Shown in pieces: positions 49,551 to 55,776 of a DNA stretch of 55,776 bases. Position 1 is the stretch's first letter. Each line of letters begins with the position of its first letter. Both the position numbers and the translations under genes were made by a program. Origin of the DNA: Fusobacterium sp. (lineage in GTDB: Bacteria; Fusobacteriota; Fusobacteriia; Fusobacteriales; Fusobacteriaceae); the NCBI GenBank assembly GCA_019410665.1, contig DXSD01000001.1, positions 1 through 55,776 on the forward strand, in the 5' to 3' direction. The notes below the pieces were generated by a model that had not been told where the DNA came from, did no database searches, and saw only the letters and a program-made list of their open reading frames with translations.

Positions 49551-50349
49551 ATATTTAATTTTAGTAATCATAGTTATGTTGTTTATAAGTTGTAGTAATG
49601 TAAAAAAAGATAAAGAAGCAGAATATTCTCTATTAAAGGGAGTAAATTATTCACAACAAGGTGAATATGGAAAAGCTATGCCAGAATATTTTAAATCTTA
49701 TGATATTAATCCTAAAAATATTATTCTTTTGAAGGAGATAGGATATAATTACTATCAATTTGGAGATTACAAAAATGCAGAAAAATATTGGCAGGAGGCT
49801 TTTGCTTTAAATTCAAAAGATGAAGAGCTAATAAAAAATTTGGCAACTCTTTATTATGAAGAGAAAGAATATAGTAAAAGTCTAGAGGTTCTTGAAAATG
49901 CTTATAATAAAAAAGATGCTTACTATCAGCAATTAAATGGAATGATATGCTATAAAAAGGGGAAATTACAAGAAAGTTATTATTTTTTAAGAGAGATTCC
50001 ATTGGAAAAATATGATGAAGAGGTCACTTTGACATATATAGAACTGTTGGAGAGATTAGAAAAGAAAGAGGAACTATTAAGTTTTAGTAAAAATGTATAT
50101 CCATACTTAAAAGATAGTAAAAACTATGTGATAAAGTACTCTCAGATCCTTTCTAAAATTTATAATAAAAATGTAGAAAGTGAAAAAGTTTTGATGGATT
50201 ATATTTTAAAAAATGGTAGTGATGATGAAATCTTATTGGAGTTATCTAATCTATATTTTAAAATGGGAGAGAATGAAAAGGGAGAAGATATTTTAAAACT
50301 GATATCAGATAACCAAGAGATATTTGAAATAAGAGATCTAAAAAAATAA
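49531..50349 (+). CDS. TPR-repeat lipoprotein (start likely TTG 49531)
   Basis: AAGGAG RBS; basic N-terminus, hydrophobic stretch, lipobox-like FISC; TPR-like helices. Confidence 0.7.
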   Translation: MRQKKSRYLILVIIVMLFISCSNVKKDKEAEYSLLKGVNYSQQGEYGKAMPEYFKSYDINPKNIILLKEIGYNYYQFGDYKNAEKYWQEAFALNSKDEELIKNLATLYYEEKEYSKSLEVLENAYNKKDAYYQQLNGMICYKKGKLQESYYFLREIPLEKYDEEVTLTYIELLERLEKKEELLSFSKNVYPYLKDSKNYVIKYSQILSKIYNKNVESEKVLMDYILKNGSDDEILLELSNLYFKMGENEKGEDILKLISDNQEIFEIRDLKK

Positions 50350-50374
50350 ATTAAAAGTAATGGAGTGAAGAGAA

Positions 50375-50887
50375 ATGGATTTAAAAAAATATGTAGCTAG
50401 AGTAGAGAATTTTCCAAAAGAGGGAATAATTTTTAGAGATATTACTCCTCTTATGAATGATGGAGCAGCTTTTAAATTTGCAACTGAAGAGATAGTAAAA
50501 TTTGCTAAAGAACAAAATGTAGATTTGATAGTGGGACCAGAGGCCAGAGGATTTATATTTGGTTGTCCAGTATCTTATGCTATGGGAATAGGTTTTGTTC
50601 CTGTTAGAAAACCTAAAAAATTACCAAGAGAGGTAATTGAGTACTCTTATGATTTAGAGTATGGATCAAATACTTTATGTATGCATAAAGATGCAATAAA
50701 GCCAGGGCAAAGAATTCTTATAGTAGATGATCTTTTAGCTACTGGTGGAACTATGGAGGCTGCTATAAAACTAGTGGAAGAACTAGGTGGAGTTGTTGCA
50801 GGACTTGCTTTCTTAATTGAATTAGAAGACTTAAATGGAAGAGAGAAATTAAAGGATTATCCTGTTTTAACATTAATGAAGTATTAA
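50375..50887 (+). CDS. apt: Adenine phosphoribosyltransferase
   Basis: [32 protein letters not shown]. Confidence 0.97.
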   Translation: MDLKKYVARVENFPKEGIIFRDITPLMNDGAAFKFATEEIVKFAKEQNVDLIVGPEARGFIFGCPVSYAMGIGFVPVRKPKKLPREVIEYSYDLEYGSNTLCMHKDAIKPGQRILIVDDLLATGGTMEAAIKLVEELGGVVAGLAFLIELEDLNGREKLKDYPVLTLMKY

Positions 50888-50901
50888 TTAAGATAAGATA
50901 A

Positions 50902-50958
50902 TTTAAAAAGTCTAAAATAACTCCTGTAAATTGTCGGGGAAGTTTTAGACTTTTTAAA
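50902..50958. terminator. Inverted repeat between apt and rel
   Basis: Perfect 16-bp arms TTTAAAAAGTCTAAAA/TTTTAGACTTTTTAAA. Confidence 0.55.
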
Positions 50959-50977
50959 ATTTTAAACAGAAAGAGGT

Positions 50978-53167
50978 TTGCTTATGAATTATTGGGAAGA
51001 GATATTAAAAGAGATAGAAAAAAATGATTTAAAAGTAGATATAGAAAAGATAAAGCTAGCTTTTTTCTTTGCTGAAGAGTGCCATGAGGGACAATATAGA
51101 AAATCTGGTGAAGATTATATAATGCATCCTGTTGAAGTAACCAAAATTTTAATTGATATGAAAATGGATACAGATACTATTGTAGCTGGGATATTACACG
51201 ATATTGTAGAGGATACTCTAATTACTCTAGCTGATATTAAATATAATTTTGGTGATACAGTAGCAACTTTAGTAGATGGAGTTACAAAGTTAAAAACTCT
51301 TCCTAATGGAACTAAGAAGCAAGATGAAAATATAAGAAAAATGATCTTAGCTATGGCCCAAAATTTGAGAGTTATAATTATAAAATTAGCAGATAGACTT
51401 CATAATATGAGGACTATGAAATATATGAAGCCTGAAAAGCAGATATCAATATCTCAGGAAACTCTCGATATATATGCACCATTGGCACATAGATTGGGAA
51501 TAGCTAAAATTAAATGGGAGCTAGAGGATTTAGCTTTACGTTATTTAAAGCCAAAAGAATACATGAATATAAAATCTCTCATTGACTCTAAAAAGAAAGA
51601 GAGAGAGGATTATATTCAAGAGTTTATAGAAAGAATAGTAAACCTTTTACATGAAACAGGAATAAAGGGAAGTGTAAAGGGAAGATTTAAACATTTTTAT
51701 AGTATTTATAAAAAAATGTATGAAAAAAATAAAGAGTTTGATGATATTTATGATTTGATGGGTGTTAGAATAATAGTAGATACAGAGGGAGAATGCTATA
51801 ATACTTTAGGTGTTATACACAGTCACTTTAAGCCTGTTCCAGGAAGATTTAAAGATTATATTGCTGTGCCTAAATCTAATAACTATCAATCTATTCATAC
51901 AACAATTGTAGGACCACAAGGAAAGTTTATAGAGATACAAATTAGAACTGAAGAGATGGATAAGGTAGCAGAAGAGGGAATAGCAGCCCACTGGAGTTAT
52001 AAAGAGCATACTAAAGTGACTAAAAGTGACCAGGTATATGGTTGGTTGAGAAATATCTTAGAACTTCAAAATGAAGCAGAAACAGCTCAAGAGTTTATAG
52101 ATAGTGTAACTAAAGATATAATGAATGAAACTGTATTTGTATTCTCTCCTAAAGGGGATATAACTGAGTTACCTTATGGAGCTACCCCTTTAGATTTTGC
52201 TTTCTCCATTCATACTCAAATAGGTTGTAAGTGTGTAGGAGCAAAGGTAAATGGAAAGATAGTAACTTTAGACTATAAACTTCAAAATGGAGATAGAGTT
52301 GAGATAATAACTTCTAAAAACTCTAAAGGACCAAGTAAAGATTGGTTAGATATTGTAGTTACCCATGGTGCTAAAAGTAAGATTAAAAAAGTATTAAAGG
52401 ATTTAGTAAGAGATCAAACTATAAAAAATGGTAGAGAGAATCTAGAAAGAGAGCTTGGAAAGTTAGGAATAACTTTAAAAGAGATGGAAGAGGATCCTAT
52501 TATTAAAAAGCATATGGAAAAGAACAATATCTACTCTTTAGATGAGTTTTATTACCATGTTGGTGAAAGAAGAAGTAAAATTGATATAATTATTGATAAG
52601 CTTAGAAAGAAAATAGAAAAAGAGAGAAAGATAGAAAATATAAATATTGAAGAATTGATGGAGAAGAAAAAAGAGAAGGAAAAAAGTTCTTCAAGTAAAA
52701 ATGACTATGGAATAATAATAGATGGAGTTAACAATACATTGATAAGATTTGCTAGATGTTGTACTCCACTTCCAGGAGATGAGATTGGAGGGTATGTAAC
52801 TAAGCTAACAGGAATAACTGTACATAGAAGAGATTGTAAGAATTTCCAAGGAATGGTAGCTCAGGATCCAACAAGAGAGATAGATGTACAATGGGATAGT
52901 AAAGTAGTAGAACAAAAAGAAAATAAGTATAAATTTACTTTTAATGTCCTTGTTTATGATAAACCAAATGTACTAATGAATATTATAAATCTTATAGCAA
53001 ATCATAAGATTCATCTTGTTACAATAAACAGTAATGAGATAAGCAAAAACGGAGAAAATTATATGAACTTCCAAATAACAATTGAAATTTCAAATAAGAG
53101 TGAGTATAAGTATCTGTTAAATAACATGTTAAAAATGAAAGAGATAATATCAGTAGATAGAACATAG
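50978..53167 (+). CDS. relA: Bifunctional (p)ppGpp synthetase/hydrolase Rel (start TTG 50978 or ATG 50984)
   Basis: LHDIVEDT (HD), RFKDYIA, YQSIHT, TGS (TPLDFAF), C-terminal ACT. Confidence 0.95.
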   Translation: MLMNYWEEILKEIEKNDLKVDIEKIKLAFFFAEECHEGQYRKSGEDYIMHPVEVTKILIDMKMDTDTIVAGILHDIVEDTLITLADIKYNFGDTVATLVDGVTKLKTLPNGTKKQDENIRKMILAMAQNLRVIIIKLADRLHNMRTMKYMKPEKQISISQETLDIYAPLAHRLGIAKIKWELEDLALRYLKPKEYMNIKSLIDSKKKEREDYIQEFIERIVNLLHETGIKGSVKGRFKHFYSIYKKMYEKNKEFDDIYDLMGVRIIVDTEGECYNTLGVIHSHFKPVPGRFKDYIAVPKSNNYQSIHTTIVGPQGKFIEIQIRTEEMDKVAEEGIAAHWSYKEHTKVTKSDQVYGWLRNILELQNEAETAQEFIDSVTKDIMNETVFVFSPKGDITELPYGATPLDFAFSIHTQIGCKCVGAKVNGKIVTLDYKLQNGDRVEIITSKNSKGPSKDWLDIVVTHGAKSKIKKVLKDLVRDQTIKNGRENLERELGKLGITLKEMEEDPIIKKHMEKNNIYSLDEFYYHVGERRSKIDIIIDKLRKKIEKERKIENINIEELMEKKKEKEKSSSSKNDYGIIIDGVNNTLIRFARCCTPLPGDEIGGYVTKLTGITVHRRDCKNFQGMVAQDPTREIDVQWDSKVVEQKENKYKFTFNVLVYDKPNVLMNIINLIANHKIHLVTINSNEISKNGENYMNFQITIEISNKSEYKYLLNNMLKMKEIISVDRT

Positions 53168-54346
<1,179 letters not shown>

Positions 54347-54353
54347 AATATAA

Positions 54354-54399
54354 TAGGAGACTGTTGCAATTTAAAAGTTTGTAGTAGTCTCCTACTTTT
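54354..54399 (+). terminator. Probable terminator after tgt
   Basis: TAGGAGACTGTTGCAA/TTGTAGTAGTCTCCTA stem followed by CTTTT. Confidence 0.6.
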
Positions 54400-54421
54400 G
54401 TAGATTATTTAGGGTAGAGGG

Positions 54422-55285
54422 ATGAAAATGGAAAAAAATGAGAGAAGTGTGGTAGCTTCAATTGTATTGGGAGTAGTTGCACTAGTGTGGGGAACTACTT
54501 ATGCAGTAATAAAGGATAGCTTAAATATTGTCGCTCCTTATACATTGATGATGTTAAGATTTGGATTTTCAGCTGTAATTTTAAGCAGTATTTACTGGAA
54601 AAAAATCAAGAATATAAGAAGAATAGATATAAAAAGAGGGGGAATAATAGGAATTTTTATGTTCCTAGCCTTTTATTTTTTAATAATAAGTATAGGTTAC
54701 ACAACAGCTTCAAAATTTTCTTTTATTATAGGAGCTTATGTGTTAATTGTTCCTTTTCTTTCTTGGATTTTTACTGGAAGAGGTTTTGGAAAAGTTGAGG
54801 TAATTGGAGCAATTATAGCGACTATAGGGTTAGGATTTCTGACAATTGAAAGGGGAGTAAGTTTCAATCTATGGGATTTAGTAGCTGTATGTTGTTCTAT
54901 ATTTTTTGCAAGTCATATGGTAGCAATTGAAAAATATAGTGGTGATTCAGATGCTATTACCTTAACAATTGTTTAATTTATTGTTACAGCTTTAATATTT
55001 ACAGGAATAACTGGGATAAAAGAAGGATATGATTTCCAAGTGTTGTCTGAAATAAAATGGACATTAGGCTATTTAGTAGTAATAAGCACTGTTATCCCTT
55101 TTGCTATACAAAATATAGTTCAAAGGTATATTTCTGCCACTACTACAGCTTTAATTTTAACTTTACAGTCAGCTTTTGGAGCAATATTTGCTGTGTATTA
55201 TTTAGATGAAAATATGAGTTTTCAAATGATACTAGGGTGTATATTAATATTTATTGCTATTTTAATTAATCAGATAAGGAAATAA
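54422..55285 (+). pseudogene. EamA/DMT family transporter interrupted by in-frame TAA at 54974-54976
   Basis: ORFs 54422-54976 and 55040-55285 are in the same frame with open hydrophobic sequence between; together about 287 codons, two EamA repeats. Confidence 0.8.
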
Positions 55286-55315
55286 TTCAATTTTCCTTAT
55301 TTGATTTATACCTAA

Positions 55316-55349
55316 ATAAAAAAAACACTCCCTCATCCGAAAGAGTGTA
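55316..55349 (-). terminator. Terminator of tRNA operon
   Basis: Minus strand ACACTC-TTTCGGATGAGG-GAGTGT followed by T-tract. Confidence 0.75.
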
Positions 55350-55358
55350 ACAAACATA

Positions 55359-55435
55359 TGGTGCCTAGAAATGGATTCGAACCATCGACCGTACGGGTAT
55401 GAACCGTATGCTCTAGCCAACTGAGCTATCTAGGC
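55359..55435 (-). tRNA. tRNA-Met (CAT), probably elongator
   Basis: GCCTAGA/TCTAGGC acceptor stem, anticodon loop TTCATAC, GGTTCGAATC, CCA end; lacks initiator GGG/CCC anticodon stem. Confidence 0.9.
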
Positions 55436-55436
55436 A

Positions 55437-55513
55437 TGGTGGAGATAAGCGGGATCGAACCGCTGACCTACGCAGTGCAAGTGCGTCGCTCTCCCAAACT
55501 GAGCTATATCCCC
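55437..55513 (-). tRNA. tRNA-Ala (TGC)
   Basis: GGGGATA/TATCTCC acceptor with G3:U70, anticodon TGC, CCA end. Confidence 0.95.
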
Positions 55514-55521
55514 AGATGAAA

Positions 55522-55597
<76 letters not shown>

Positions 55598-55616
55598 AAT
55601 CTTCATCACAAGAGAT

Positions 55617-55645
55617 ATAATATCATAATAATTTGATAATGTCAA
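55617..55645 (-). promoter_or_regulatory. Sigma70 promoter of Gly-Ala-Met tRNA operon
   Basis: Minus strand TTGACA-17 nt-TATTAT with TG extension. Confidence 0.8.
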
Positions 55646-55688
55646 TAATTATTTTAAAGAAATATACTATTTTTTTAAAAAATGTAAT

Positions 55689-55776
55689 AAAAAAACACTC
55701 CTTCATCCGAAAGAGTGTAATAAACATATGGTGCCTAGAAATGGATTCGAACCATCGACCGTACGGGTATGAACCG
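55689..55776. repeat. Second copy of terminator plus tRNA-Met 3' segment (370-bp offset from 55319-55406)
   Basis: Near-identical, two substitutions seen in the non-tRNA part. Confidence 0.9.
55729..55776 (-). tRNA. tRNA-Met (CAT), partial, runs off window end
   Basis: Identical to 55359-55406. Confidence 0.85.

Noticed and set aside
8979..52009. Numerous minus-strand ORFs of 60-160 aa opposite housekeeping genes
   Set aside because: Antisense shadows arising from strong purine bias of the coding strand; no independent evidence

Overview
AT-rich bacterial chromosomal window, most consistent with a Fusobacteriaceae (Fusobacterium-like) genome. This is inferred from low GC, Firmicutes-like housekeeping genes together with LPS-export (Lpt) genes, and gene order. 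All credible protein genes lie on the + strand. Four blocks: (1) 257-7398, a diaminopimelate/peptide locus (lysA, dapF, DAACS symporter, M20 amidohydrolase, spmA/spmB-like pair, LD-carboxypeptidase) followed by a decayed second dapF-symporter copy (7433-8325); (2) 8419-17955, an accessory block with an AAA-ATPase/PD-(D/E)XK nuclease gene and a complete four-gene Wadjet-type (JetABCD) SMC cassette; (3) 18044-55285, a long housekeeping run from dusB/mutS to rel/tgt, including an unusually long 894-aa LptC/LptA-like protein, a LolA-like protein and a nonsense-interrupted EamA gene; (4) a minus-strand tRNA operon (Gly-Ala-Met) whose 3' end is repeated 370 bp further on. Best candidates for undescribed biology: a putative muropeptide/DAP salvage system with a shared upstream DNA motif, and a possible single-chain LPS bridge. 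All calls come from motif recognition by eye; no searches were run.
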